A stretch of DNA of 63,146 bases, filler included, from Chiloscyllium plagiosum (taxonomy: Eukaryota), in the NCBI RefSeq assembly GCF_004010195.1. It is 4 parts of one record of this genome, joined end to end, with 100 filler letters (N's around TTAATTAATTAA, not from the genome) between each part and the next. Parts side by side here need not be neighbours in the genome. Positions count along the whole stretch, not along the records: positions 37,735 to 57,141 come from NC_057716.1; positions 57,242 to 63,146 come from NC_057716.1; 2 more parts are not named here. One strand, written 5' to 3'. The position numbers and the translations under genes are program-made. Under the pieces are notes generated by a model. The model searched no databases and was not told the DNA's origin. It saw only the letters and a list, made by a program, of their open reading frames with translations. This document shows positions 50,684 through 63,146 of this stretch, in pieces (position 1 is the stretch's first letter; the number at the start of each line of letters is the position of its first letter).

Positions 50684-50907
50684 AACTAGGAGAAAGTGAG
50701 GACTGCAGATGCTGGAGATCAGAGCTGAAAATGTGTTGCTGGAAAAGCACAGCAGATCAGGCAGCATCCAAGGAGCAGGAAAATCGACGTTTCGGGCAAG
50801 AGCCTTTCGGGCATGAGCCATTCCTGAAAAGGGCTCATGCCCGACACGTCGATTCACCTGCTCCTTGGATGCTGCCTGACCTGCTGTGTTTTTCCAGCAA
50901 CACATTT
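50684..50907. mobile_element. Palindromic Penelope-derived mini-element with ~16-bp TSD
   Basis: TSD ttagcaag(g/a)ttagatc at 50668-50683 and 50908-50923; inverted arms with scrambled hammerhead cores at the centre. Confidence 0.8.
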
Positions 50908-52119
50908 TTAGCAAGATTAGATCTCATGGAATACAGGGAGAACTAGCCATTTGGATACAGAACTGGCTCAAAGATAGAAGACAGAGGGTCGTGGCGGACG
51001 GTTGTTTTTCAGACTGGAGGCCTGTGACCAGTGGAGTGCCACAAGGGTCGGTGCTGGGTCCCTTACTTTTCATCATAAGAGCATAAGAGGTATAGTTGTT
51101 AAGTTTGCAGATGACACTAAAATTGGAGGTATAGTGTACAGCGAAGAAGGCTACCTCAGATTACAACGGGATCTTGACCAGATGGGCCAATGAGCTAAGA
51201 AGTGGCAGATGGAGTTTAATTTAGATAATTGCAAGGTGCTGCATTTTGGTAAAGTAAATCTCAGCAGGACTTATACACTTAATGGTAAGGTCTTGGGAGT
51301 GTTGCTGAGCAAAGAGACCTTGGAGTGCAGGTTCATAGCTCCTTGAAAGTGGAGTCACAGGTGGATAGAATAGTGAAGGTGGTGTTTGATAGTGCTTTCC
51401 TTTATTGGTCAGAGTATTGAGTACATGAGTTGGGAGGTCATGTTGTGGCTGTACAGGACATTGGTTAGGCCACTGTTGGAATATTGCGTGCAATTCTGGT
51501 CTCCTTCCTATCGGAAAGATGTTGTGAACCTTAAGGGGTCAGAAAAGAATTACAAGGATGTTGCCAGGGTTGGAGGTTTGAGATATAGGGAGAGGCTGAA
51601 TGGGCTAGGGCTGTTTTCCCTGGAGCATCGGAGGCTGAGGGGTGACCTTATTGAGGTTTATAAAATCATGAGGGGTATGGAAAGGATAAATAGACAAAGT
51701 ATTTTCCCTGGGGTCGGGGAGTCCAGAACTAGAGGGCATAGGTTTAGGATGAGAGGGGAAAGATATAAAAAAGACCTAAGGGGCAACGTTTTCATGCAGA
51801 GAATGGTATGTATATGGAATGAGCTGCCAGAGGAAGTGGTGGAGGCTGGTACAATTGCAACATTTAAGAGGCATCTGGATGGGTATAGGAATAGGAAGGG
51901 TTTGGAGGGATATGGGCCGGGTGCTGGCAGGTGGGACTAGATTGGATTGGGATATCTGTTTGGCAGGGACTGGTTGGACCGAAGGGTCTGTTTCCGTGCT
52001 GTACATCTCTATGACTCTAACAGTCTATAACTGAAACATTCATATTGCCCAGGTAAATTTTATTTCTCAAACTTGAAATATACATCAAGTATTGGTTACA
52101 TGTAGAAGAAAACAATTAA

Positions 52120-54230
52120 GCAAATGAACATATGAAATCGGCAATTTGTTCTCTCATGCCTTCTCCACCTGTGGACCATGGATGAGTGCATGTGACCTTC
52201 ACTCCACTTTCCTGTCTGTCCCCCATAACACTTCGCACCCTCAGAAATTACAAATCTGTTTAAATCAGCCCTCAGTGTATTCAATAACATAGCCTTCATT
52301 GTTCACTCGGAAGGAAACTTCAAACACTATCAAACCTGAGAAGAAATTTCTCGTTATTGCCCTCATAAACGGGAGACCCTTTATTTTCAAATGGCCTTCT
52401 CTATCACAACGGGAAAGCCTTCTCTGAAAATACCCAATCAAGCCTCCTAAGATATTATATGTGTTTCAATAAGATCAGCGTTCACTCTTTTAACGTGCAA
52501 TGAGAGTGTGTCAAACTCACGCAATCTTACTTCAGAAGGCAACCCCATCATCCCAGGAATCAGCATTGTGTACTTCTTTGGACTCTCTCCAATGCAAGTA
52601 AATCTCTCTTTAAGGGAAAGTGATGAACACTCTGCATATTTCTGCAAATGTGGTCTCACGAAAAGTAGCTAAGATATTCCTACTTTAAGACTCCATGCCT
52701 TATGCAATCAAGGCCAACATACCAGTTTGTCTTCATTTTCCTTCAATACTCCAAAACCTCTGTGCCTAAAGTGCCAAAGTAAAGTCATGCTGGATTTGAA
52801 ATTTTAAGTCTGTTTCTCTCACCACAGAGGCTGCCAGACCTACTGAGATTCTCCAGCATTTATGTCATTACTTCAGCATTCCATTTGCTTCCACATTCAC
52901 CTGCTGTAACTGAAAGTAATTTTTGTGATTTTTTTTAACAAGGACACCCACACCTCTCTGTGCTGCAGCTTTCCACAGTCTATCCACAATTGAAATAATA
53001 TTCCACTTTTAGAACCACTGGATGTCTATGACACAAAAAAAGGTATTCAACCCATTGTGTCTGCACTGGTTTAATAAACTGGTCATCGAGTCTAATCCCC
53101 CTTTCTAGCTCCTAGTCTGTAGTCTACTGGGTTTCAATGCCTCAGGTGCAGGTCCAGGTTCTTTTTAAAGGAGTTGAGGGTTTCCACCTCAACAACCAAA
53201 CTGGACAGCAAATTCCAGGCAATCACCCACTGGATGAAAAAGTATTTCATCATGTCCCCATTAATCCTTCTCTCAAATCACCTGTAATCTGTATCCCCTG
53301 GTCATTGACCACTTTACTAGGAGAAAACAAGTCTTCCCTGTACATTCTATGCAAACCCTTCACTAGTTTTAAGTCACCCCTTACCCTGAATTGTTGGAAG
53401 AAGGTAATTTTTTTATACAGAGGATGGTTAGCGTGAGGAATGAACTTCCTGAGGAAGTGATGGATGCAGATACAATGACAACATTTAAATGACATTTGGA
53501 CAGATACATGAATAGGAAAGGTTTGGAGGGATATTGGCCAGGAGCAGGCAGGCGGGACTAGTTTAGTATGGGATTATGCTCAGCATGGACTGGTTGGACC
53601 GAAGGATCTGTTTAATGCTCTATGACTTGAAGAGCAATTTTAGCCTATACAATGTTCCTCAATTTTCAAGCCCTGAAAACATTCATGTAAGTCTCCTCTA
53701 TACTCTCCACAGAGTAATTACGTCCTTCCTGTAACTTGGTAACCAAGAAAAATACTGCATATTCAGTACCACATCCAATAAAGGAAATAGGACTTCTTTA
53801 CTACCTTATCTACTTGTCCTGCTAGTTTCAGAGTTCTATGGACTCGCACTCCAATGTCTCTCATTTCCTCAACTGTTCTCAGAATTCTTCCCTTTTCTGT
53901 ATATTTTCTTCTCTTTTTTTCCTGTCTGTCCCAATGTAAACTGTACACTTCTCCGGATTGAATTCCAGTTCCCATTTATCCACCTATTCAACCAAATCAT
54001 TAATATCTTACTGCAATTGAAAGCCATATTCTTTTCTATCAACCGCATTCCATTCTCAAAAACATTCACCAACTATTACCGTTTTCTTTCCCCCACCACT
54101 CAGCCAATTCTGGGTCCAACTTGTCACGTTCACCTGTAACCCATTGGCTTTATGTATATAACAGGTCTGCCATGTGAAAGCTTGTAAAATGGTTTACTGA
54201 AATTGACATAGGCGACTTCCACTGTGGTCC
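52120..54230 (-). mobile_element. Cluster of old CR1 fragments (with a + strand CR1 tail at ~53395-53630)
   Basis: RPHLQKYA, RVRGDLKLVKG and DIGVRVHRTLK remnants. Confidence 0.65.
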
Positions 54231-54848
54231 CACTGCACACACTCCCCATTACTGACAACTGATTTTTGAGAGATTCAAAACATTTTCTTAACAATAGTCA
54301 TTAGCACCCCAGCCAGGTCAGACTGACTGATTAGATTCCCTACAGGATGGAAACAGGCCCTTCAGCTCAACAGGTCCACACCAACCCTCTGAACCCACGT
54401 TTCATTCTGTCAAACATGGTAGATGCTGGATCAGAACAAAAGTTCGTTTCAAAAGTATGATTGCCTTCACTGCTTTAACTTTAAAGGATTTGAAAATGCA
54501 CGCGGTTTGACAAATATATGTATGTCCAAAAATAAAACTTCAGCTCCAGGGAAAAAACAAGTTAAGCAAGGTGCATATTTGCAGTAACTTCCCTTTGACA
54601 ATAATTACTGTTGCGTTTGAATTCAAGCAATTCAAGAGGAAGAAATTCAACTCTAGCGCTAGGACCACCACTCCGGTTCAAGGCTGAGGGGTTCCACTGA
54701 CAGCTTCCGCAACTTTAAGTGAGACGAGTCAAAACATCACAGCACAATTTACATTAGAAAAGCATGTCACTTCAACACTGACATTTAGATCAAGTGATTT
54801 GTTATGATAAACTGGGAAAAAGAAGTGTATGGAATCACAACATCTTAC

Positions 54849-54921
54849 CTGTAGATGAGTGAATATGTCGCGTAATATAGCTGAGAAATAAAGCCCAAGG
54901 CACATAACCCAGCCTGACCAT
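54849..54921 (-). CDS. ACVR1C: Coding exon 1 (signal-peptide region) of a TGF-beta/activin type I receptor, probably ACVR1C/ALK7
   Basis: Minus strand reads caacaATGGTC...TCTACAG|gtaaga. This is 73 nt, MVRLGYVPWALFLSYITRHIHSST+G, with a strong Kozak context (A-3, G+4) and a canonical phase-1 donor that matches exon 2. It lies in the only locally CpG-enriched unique sequence. A 73-nt coding exon 1 matches my recollection of human ACVR1C. Confidence 0.7.
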
Positions 54922-55200
54922 TGTTGGACATTAAGGAGACCGTGCTACTTGAAGCATATTTTCTATTGTGGGGCGCTGCTCACTTGGCGCACAAAAACGC
55001 GCGAATGCTCTACTTCCCAAGTTTTATGCTTCACTCAATGTCGAATGGTTGGGCAGAGAATTCATCTGTGCTTTCAGTCAGGTAAACAAGCTCTCAGATA
55101 GACTGACGATGGTATTGAGAGGGGCGGGATCGGCTAAATCAGTGGAAATTAAGACGGTCAGCGGTAGCGTTTAGGTTGTAGTATTTGTGTTTGCAGAGGG
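54922..55200 (-). promoter_or_regulatory. Putative 5' UTR / proximal promoter of the receptor gene
   Basis: Local CpG cluster (ggcgc, cgcgcg, ggcggtagcg) and a GC box (ggggcggg near 55121) immediately upstream of exon 1, in otherwise CpG-depleted DNA. Confidence 0.5.
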
Positions 55201-55685
55201 AGGTACTGGCTGGTTTTTCCATGCAGACCTTCCTTTTAAAAAAAAGATAGGTCTATAACGTAATGGGTTTGAAAAGTTATCGTGCCTGAAAAAGTGACAG
55301 GATCTCCATGCAGTATTTGAATGTCCAATTGAATGGAAAATTGACTAAACATAAACCAGTAGGACAAGCTTCAATATGAAATCAGTAAATCGGAGAATAC
55401 CATGGTTACATCCCCATAGTCACCATGCTGAGCTGGAAAACAGCAAAAGATGGCTTAATAAATGATGCAAAGTAAATTTGAGAACTTACTTTAAGCCACA
55501 ACCTTGATTTTGCATGTAATTGCAAACATGCCCAGAAGATAGAAAATTGTGAAAAGATATGTTTGCATAAGATCAAACATTTCAAAAACATATCAATTTT
55601 GGGTAACGTTACAAATCCCTGTAAGACAATTACCTCACATGGCCTGAACTTTCTTTGCAGCCCAGCGCTGGGGCTTCAGTTACTG

Positions 55686-56166
55686 ATTCTGGATCAGTGG
55701 TGCTGGAAGAGCACAGCAATTCAGGCAGCATCCGACGAGCAGCAAAATCGACGTTTCGGGCAAAAGCCCTTCATCAGGAATAAAGGCAGAGAGCCTGAAG
55801 CGTGGAGAGATAAGCTAGAGGATGGCGGGAGTGGGGAGAAAGTAGCATAGAGTACAATAGGTGAGTGGGGGAGGAGATGAAGTTGATAGGTCAGGGAGGA
55901 GAGGGTGGAGTGGATAGGTGAAAAAGGAGCTAGGCAGGTCGGACAAGTCCGGACAAGTCAAGGGGACAGTGCGGAGCTGGAAGTTTGAAACTAGGATGAG
56001 GCAGGGGAAGGGGAAGTGAGGAAGCTGTTGAAGTCCACATTGATGCCCTGGGGTTGAAGTGTTCCGAGGCGGAAGATGAGGCATTCTTCCTCTAGGCGTC
56101 TGGTGGTGAGGGAGCGGCAGTGAAGGAGGCCCAGGACCTCCATGTCCAGCACCACTGATCCAGAAT
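55686..56166 (-). mobile_element. Penelope-like element 3' part with 22-bp inverted terminal repeat
   Basis: attctggatcagtggtgctgga (55686-55707) and tccagcaccactgatccagaat (56145-56166); GIY-YIG C-terminus RRLEEECLIFRLGTLQPQGINV. Confidence 0.85.
55750..55777 (-). ncRNA. Minimal type I hammerhead ribozyme motif (intact core)
   Basis: CUGAUGA-A-GGGC-UUUU-GCCC-GAAAC-GUC. Confidence 0.75.
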
Positions 56167-56967
56167 AAACATAGTTGAACTAATCCAGCCATGATTGGGT
56201 CCCTGACAGTTACTGAATAATTTGTCACAAGTTCATTTTGTCTGTCTAAATGGGGCTGATCTGTAAAGACATGTTACGGTCCTGCTTTCACTTGGTCAAT
56301 GAGAAGCCTGTACCATGCTCTTTCAGCACCATCAGCAACACCTAAATAGATAGGGCTTCTTATAGCTGATCCTTTGGGGAGCTGGTCAGTTTAATACCAT
56401 GAAATAGATTCAACCCTATGCTCTAGATACATAAAGAAAGTAAACTAAAGTATTGAAAATTTCACTATCTTCCCTATCAATATATTAGTATTGGATAACA
56501 GAAAGAAAGATTCGAGAGAGTTTAAAACTTGCAAATATCATATTTTTAAATTCAAGTGTGTTAATTGTCACTCTAAAATTTAACAACACTTCTGCGCTGA
56601 CACAATATTCTCAAATCAGGTGCTAAAAGTTCAAATGTTGCAAATTTCTTAAATTATCTGTTGATTACAAGCAGAAAACGTCAGTCACTTTTATAATAAG
56701 AATCTCTTCAGGAAACAGATTTTGACTGGAGGTCAAAATGTAGAACTCCCAATTAGAGCCGACATCTTAACATAAATGATTCAAAAAAGGCCAACAAAAA
56801 TAACTTGTTAGAAACTAGTCTGCTGGACTGCTAGGGCAATTAACTATTTAGGTATTGCCAAGAAATAATTGTACAGAAGGAGATGTGCACTGCAATTTTA
56901 AAAATAGAGCGCCCCAGCTAATAAAATGAAAGTTTTTTTTTAATGTTGCTGAAACATTAAATTAGTT

Positions 56968-57141
56968 ATGATTTGGAGATGCCAGTGTTGGATTGGGGTG
57001 GACAAAATTTTAAAAATCACACAACCCCAGGTTATAGCCCAACAGGTTTATTTGGAAGCACTAGCTTTCAGAGCTCTGCTGCTTCATCAGGTGGTTGTGA
57101 GCAGTGCTCCGAAAGCTAGTGCTTCCAAATAAACCTGTTGG
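56968..57141. mobile_element. Second Penelope-type family terminus, palindromic, with GAAAGCUA-type hammerhead
   Basis: ccaacaggtttatttggaagcactagctttc is mirrored by gaaagctagtgcttccaaataaacctgttgg; minus strand reads CUGAUGA...GAAAGCUA. Confidence 0.7.
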
Positions 57142-57241
57142 NNNNNNNNNNNNNNNNNNNNNNNNNNNNNNNNNNNNNNNNNNNNTTAATTAATTAANNN
57201 NNNNNNNNNNNNNNNNNNNNNNNNNNNNNNNNNNNNNNNNN

Positions 57242-57435
57242 CTGCCAGAGGAAGTGGTGGAGGCTGGTACAATTGCAACATTTAAGAGGCATCTGGATGA
57301 GTATATGAATAGGAAGGGTTTGGAGGGATATGGGCCGGTTGCTGGCAGGTGGGACTAGATTGGGTTGGGATATCTGGTCGGCATGGACCAGTTGGACCAA
57401 AGGATCTGTTTCCATGCTGTACCTCTCTGTGACTC
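57242..57435 (+). mobile_element. CR1 (family A) 3' end after a gap
   Basis: Near-identical to 51825-52018. Confidence 0.9.
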
Positions 57436-57829
57436 TGTTTGATGACCTCTTCCAGCAGGCTACACATCAGTTGAACTCTAAACAATACCAAGAAGGTACA
57501 ACTCCTGGCAAACAGTAAACAAGTCCAAGCAGATCTGAGGAAGAATCTCTTGACCCAAAACATCAACTCTGATTTCTCTCACAAATATGGCCAGACCTGT
57601 TAAGCTGTTCCAGCAATTTCTGGTTTTGTTTCTGGTTTATAGCATCTGCAGTTCTTTCAGTTTTTATTTAAGTCCAAGCAGTTAACCTGAGACATGTGAC
57701 TTCTTGTAAGGGTCTTAAGAAAAGTCCAAAATCTCCTTTCAAAAAAGCGTGTCCATGCCTCATGAGTGTTTTAAATAAATTCATTTTCATAATTCTTTAA
57801 GCACAAGTCTCCAAAATGATATGGAAAAC

Positions 57830-59010
57830 CCTTTGAGGATGCAACAAGCAGGGGATTAAAGATAAAATAAAGATTAAGTGTATTTGGATTTCCAAAAAGC
57901 ATTCAGTACAATGCCATGTAAAGTGATGCGAAACTGGATAAGAGCTAATGGGATTAGACATGATATGCTGGCTAGGCAGAGTATTGACAAATTTAACTGA
58001 CATGACAACAGAGAATCAGGAGAAATGGGTCATTTTAAGACTGGCAAATAGTAACCAGTAGAGATTCAGAGAGCTTGCTGCTAGGCTGTTAGATATTTAT
58101 ATTAAAAACTTGGATGAAGAGACTAACTTTATTCCATCCAAATTAACTAAAGATAGATTATATAGATAGAAAAAAAGTTGTGAGGAAAATGCAAGGAGGA
58201 GAAAGACGGGCAAGTGTAGTTTAATGTAAGAAAATGAGAAGTTGTCCATTTCGGCAGAAAGACTAGAAAATAAAACATATTATTGAAATGGAGCAAGGCT
58301 GCAGAATGCAGTAGTACAGAGGAATCTGGGTGCCCTTGGACATGAATTATAAAGAATTAGCATGCACATACAAAAGTAATTAGGAAGGTTAATGGAACAT
58401 TGGCTCTTACTGCAAGAGTGAATGGAGTGTAAAGTCATATTCTTACTCCAACTGTGCAGGGCATTAATGAGGTTGAACCTGAAATATTATGTAAAGTTTT
58501 AAAGTCCTTTATAGAGGGGTGTACTTGCAGTAGAAGCAACAGTTCAGAGAAGGCTCAATAGAGTAATTTCTCAAATTAATGTGTTTTATGAGGAAAGGTT
58601 AACTAGGTAGTCTGTAGTCATTGGAGTTAAGATGATTTTATATGAAACAATTAAGTTTCTGAGGGAGCTTGACAGGTAGATGCTGAGAGGATATTTGCTC
58701 GCATGGCAGAATCAAAAACTAGGAGGCAAAGGTTGAAAATGAGGGGTTGCCCGTTTAAAACAAAGATGAGGCAGCGTTTCTTTTGCATAGATGTTGTAAT
58801 TCTGTGGAATTCCTCCCAAAGAGAGCAGTGGATATTGGGTCACCAAATATGTTCAAGGCTGAGTAAGACTAATTTTCAGTTGACAAGGATTAAGGGTTAT
58901 AGGGACCAACGGAAATGTGGAGTACAAGTCATAATCAAATCAGCCATGATATTACTGACTGGCAGAGCAGGTTCAAGGAGCTAAATGGGCTATTCCTGTG
59001 CCTAGTTACA
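57830..59010 (+). mobile_element. Old CR1 fragment
   Basis: YLDFQKAF and ESKTRRQRLKMRG...FF....V.LWNS motifs. Confidence 0.7.
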
Positions 59011-59087
59011 ATGGTATTTGAAGGTGGAGTTGTCAATATAAACAGTGCAGTAGAAAATATCTTGAATTGAATTTTCCCTTCCATGGC

Positions 59088-59597
59088 ATAGTGTCATAGG
59101 GACGTAGAGATGTCCAGCACAGAAACAGACCAATTTGACCAGATATCCTAAATTAATCATCTTATTTGCCAGCACTTAACCCATATCCCTCTAAACCTTT
59201 CCTACCCTTGCCTTTCCAGATGCCTTTTAAATGTTGTAATTGTACAAGTCTCTATCACTTCCTCTGGCAGCTCATTCTATATTCCACTCTTTGCATGGAA
59301 AAGTTGCCCCTTAGGACCCTTTTATGTCTTTCCCCTCTCACCCTAAACCCCTGCCCTATGGTTTTGGATTCCGCCAACCCCAGGGAAAAGACATTGTCTC
59401 TTTACTTTTTCCATGCCCCTCATGATTTGATAAACCTAAATAAGGTCACCCCTCAGCCTCCGTCACTCCAGGGAAAACAGCTCCAGTCTATTCAGCCTCA
59501 CCCTATAGCTCAAACTTTCCACCCTGGCAACATCCTTGTAAATCATTTCTGAACCTTTTCAGGTTTTACAACGTCTTTCCTTTAGGAGGGAGACCAT
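59088..59597 (-). mobile_element. CR1 (family A) 3' fragment
   Basis: Matches 41672-42190. Confidence 0.85.
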
Positions 59598-60137
59598 GGG
59601 CAAAAGCAAAACACAGTGAGAAATAAAATAACCTGATCATAGTTGTTGAGAAACATATGTGATTTCTATCCCCTTCAGCTTTAAATGGTGAATTCAGAAT
59701 ATTGCTGCTGAGCAGCAACAGATGTCATCAATAGCTCCCAATTCACCTTATTTTCACATATCTTTCAATTTTACCCTCCCCTGAGATGCTAGATATTACA
59801 TTCGGAGTGGGTACCTAGCAGTTTCAGTTCAGCAAATACTTGACATGCCCAGCGTAAAGTATACAAGCAACACAACGTCCCTACATGCTCAGGGGCCATC
59901 ATCCTCCTCCTCCTCCATCTTTCATCCATGCATGATGGGTTCAGTAAAACAACATCCTCATCACATCATTATGGGTACTCCTGAACCAATCCAGCCCTTC
60001 AACAGTTGACTGTGAAGCTCAGGGATACCTATGATCGTATGCTTCTTCCAAGGTTGCCTCGCACACAGAGGCAACTCATGCATGTGATGCAGCTCAGCTT
60101 CTTAGTGTTTACTTAGTTTGTGTTTACATGGAAGCTA

Positions 60138-61620
60138 GGCGAAAGTGAGTACTGCAGATGCTAGAGTTTAGAGTCAAGAGTGTGGTGCTGGAAAAGCACA
60201 GCAGGTAAGGCAGCACCCGAGGAGCAGGAAATTCGAGGTTGGGAGCCTCGGGGGTGGAGAGATAAAATGGAGGGGGTGACGCTGGGGGCAAGGTAGCTGA
60301 CAGTGCAATAGATAGATGGAGGTGGGGGTAAGGGTGATAGGTCAGAGAGGAGGGTGGAGCGGCTAGGTGGGAAGGAAGATGGTCAGGTAGGACAGGTCTT
60401 GAGGGCANNNNNNNNNNNNNNNNNNNNNNNNNNNNNNNNNNNNNNNNNNNNNNNNNNNNNNNNNNNNNNNNNNNNNNNNNNNNNNNNNNNNNNNNNNNNN
60501 NNNNNNNNNNNNNNNNNNNNNNNNNNNNNNNNNNNNNNNNNNNNNNNNNNNNNNNNNNNNNNNNNNNNNNNNNNNNNNNNNNNNNNNNNNNNNNNNNNNN
60601 NNNNNNNNNNNNNNNNNNNNNNNNNNNNNNNNNNNNNNNNNNNNNNNNNNNNNNNNNNNNNNNNNNNNNNNNNNNNNNNNNNNNNNNNNNNNNNNNNNNN
60701 NNNNNNNNNNNNNNNNNNNNNNNNNNNNNNNNNNAAAGCAGATAGGAGAGGGGAGTGAAATATATCTCTGGTGGTGGGGTCCGTTTATAGATAGTGGAAA
60801 TGGCGGAGGATGATGTGATGTATATGGAGGTTGTGGAATGGAAGGTGAAGACCAGGAGGGTTCTGTCCTTGTTGCAGTTGGAGGGGTGGGGTTCAAGGGC
60901 AGAAGTGAGCGAAGTGGATGAGATGTGCTGGAGGGCATCATCAACCACGTGGGAGGGGAAATTACATTGTTTAAAGAAGGAGGCCATCTGATGTGTTCTG
61001 TGGTAGAACTGATCCTCCTGGGGCCAGATACAGTGGAGGCAGAGGAATTGGGAAGACGGGATAGCATTTTTGCAGGAGGCAGGTTGGGAGGACGTGTAAT
61101 CCAGGTAGCTATGGGAGTCAGTGGGTTTGTAGAAAATGTCAGTGTTGAGTCTGTCATCATCGATGGAGATGGAGAGGTCTAGGAAGGGGGGAGAGGTGAA
61201 TTTAAGATCGGGGTGGAATGTGTTGGTGAAGTTGATGAACTGCTCAACCTCCTTGCTGGAGCACGTGGTAGCACCAATGCAGTCATCAATGTTGCGGAGG
61301 AAGAGGTGGGAGTGGTGCCGGTGTAACTACAGAAGATGGACTGTTCTACCTAGCCAATAAAGAGACAGGCATAGCTGGGGACCATGCGGGTGCCAATGGC
61401 TACTCCCTTTATCTGGAGGAAGTGGGAGGACTTGAAGGAGAAATTGTTGAGGGTGAGGACCAGTTCAGCCAAACGAATTAGAGTGTCAGTGGAAGGGTAC
61501 TGGTGTGGACATCGGAAAAGGAAGAAACAGAGGCCCTGTCATGGTGGATGAAGGTTTAAAGGGACTGATGTCCATGGTGAAGTTGAGGCATTGGAGGCCA
61601 GGGAAACTGAAGTCTTGGTG
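60138..61620 (-). mobile_element. Penelope-like retroelement (RT C-terminal region, gapped)
   Basis: Minus-strand GVAIGTRM.PSYACL and DIFYKPTDSHSYLDYTSS..ASCKNAIP.SQFL motifs; shared PLE terminus at 60138-60235. Confidence 0.85.
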
Positions 61621-62224
61621 GAGGGGGAAGTTGCCAGCCTCTATAGCTTACATTGCTTTTTAGTGCACAGGTTCTTCAGTGTTAAATTGCACATGGGCAG
61701 TTTCTGTCACTTTCATTTTTTTTCTAACTGCAGAGGGAGAAGCAGGCAGCTTGTTACAGTGGGGAGCACCACCATGTCTCCCTGAGAGAAAGGGACACCT
61801 GGAGTTAGATCAAGATATTTTGCCCCTCTCTTATCTTCTTGCAATAGAAAGCAGATCTGTGTACATATTTGGCAGACAAACTTTGAGGGATTTTCACTGT
61901 GTTGCTGGAGCCTGCATAAGAGACTCGGGGAAATATTTGTACGAGAGGAATGAAAGACTGTGCAAGTAAAAATTGATTTAGCAGTAATGTTAATAGGAGA
62001 GCTATGCAACACAGCATATTGAACTTTACTAAGTTTGTTGTTGTGATCCCTTCCCCACATGAGCCATCCTGCAATGTGACAAAGGGAGGGATTGGGATAC
62101 GGTGGAAGTTGATGGCAGAGGATAGAAGAGCAATTAGTAGAGGTACATGAGCAAGAGAGGTGTTGTTGTATCCTCACTGAGTGAACAGGAAGTGCAAAGA
62201 GTATGAAGACTTGGTTAATCAAAT

Positions 62225-62337
62225 GCCAGATAAGCAAATGCCGGATAACATAGTTTAGCCAAGCATCGGGACCTTGTGATCTTGCCAGATAATCCAATAT
62301 TCGGATAATCGAATGCCGGACAATCAAGGTTCCTCTG
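62225..62337. mobile_element. One end of the same Tigger-like MITE family as 47932
   Basis: ggacaatcaaggttcctctg|TA is the reverse complement of the 47932 TIR; (ggataatc) subrepeats. Confidence 0.65.
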
Positions 62338-62846
62338 TAGTTGGAAGAACGTGATGGATGATGAGAGTTAAGGGGCACGATGTGTGTAATTACAAAAATT
62401 GTAATTCAAGAGTCTTGCTAAGAGGTGTATGAAGTGACAAGGTTAGAGTAAATGGTGGGCCCTGTGAATGTAAGCTAGCAGAGAAGATTGTGTCACTTAC
62501 TCTTAACCTCCTTACTGCTCTGCTGTGCATTCAGTTTAATCTGGGAGACACAACTGACTATGGCAACTTTCAGTGTGTAGGTGGTTCTAACGGATGGTCT
62601 GGCCTTCCTTGGCAGTCCAACCCACCACCCCATTCACCAGCTCTTGTCAGCAAAGTGAGGAGCTAACTTCCATTTAGAGCCTTTTCCTTATTGACAGTGG
62701 AGAAGCACTACAGTATAAGGCCCAGTTCCTGACTTGCAGCAACTGAAGTGATGGGTGACTGTGAATTTTAAACTTGGTGCGCACAGCATGGACAGAGAAG
62801 CTCCTGGCAGTCCAAGTAGTTCTACTTTAACTTCTGCCATGCAATC

Positions 62847-63146
62847 TCATAGAACATAGAACATAGAAGAATACAGCGCAGTACAGGCCCTTTGGCCCTC
62901 GATGTTGCGCCGATCGAAGCCCACCTAACCTACACTAGCCCACTATCCTCCATATGCCTATCCAATGCCCGCTTAAATGCCCGTAAAGAGGGAGAGTCCA
63001 CCACTGCTACTGGCAGGGCATTCCATGAACTCACGACTCGCTGAGTAAAGAACCTACCCCTAACATCTGTCCTATACCTACCACCCCTTAATTTAAAGCT
63101 ATGCCCCCTCGTAATAGCTGACTCCATACGTGGAAAAAGGTTCTCA
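62847..63146 (-). mobile_element. Young CR1 (family C-like) 3' end, running off the window
   Basis: TRGHSFKLRGGRYRTDVRGRFFTQRVV; (catagaa)n tail. Confidence 0.9.

Larger units (their letters stand above)
47704..52019 (+). mobile_element. CR1 (family A), 5'-truncated, hosting nested insertions
   Basis: Collinear with the reverse complement of 41672-43550; interrupted at 47932, 49301 and 50684. Confidence 0.9.

Noticed and set aside
60124..61160. Long ORFs of 287 and 265 aa
   Set aside because: They run through Ns and are frameshifted Penelope RT sequence.
61713..62378. 221-aa ORF
   Set aside because: Crosses a MITE end and unrelated sequence; no domain similarity.

Overview
Repeat-dense, AT-rich vertebrate genomic DNA, most likely a cartilaginous fish (shark-type HE1/V-SINEs, Deu-domain SINEs, CR1 LINEs, Penelope-like elements), from a gapped draft assembly. 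The only host gene I can support is on the minus strand: a TGF-beta-family type I receptor, best read as ACVR1C/ALK7. Coding exon 1 is 54921-54849 (MVRLGYVPWALFLSYITRHIHSST-G) and coding exon 2 is 31437-31192 (10-Cys ectodomain). I did not find exon 3, so it probably lies beyond the left edge. Almost every other ORF in the track is retroelement-derived or spurious. The most notable structures are: (1) a ~600-bp near-perfect fold-back palindrome in intron 1 (47102-47700) with a perfect 39-bp core stem and a GNA-type triloop; (2) many minimal hammerhead-ribozyme motifs, several inside short, mostly palindromic, TSD-flanked Penelope-derived mini-elements; (3) a head-to-head CR1/HE1-SINE composite insertion with a 40-bp target deletion; (4) an ALK4/ALK5-like loop in the ALK7-like ectodomain. 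Repeat boundaries and family names come from visual recognition and are approximate.
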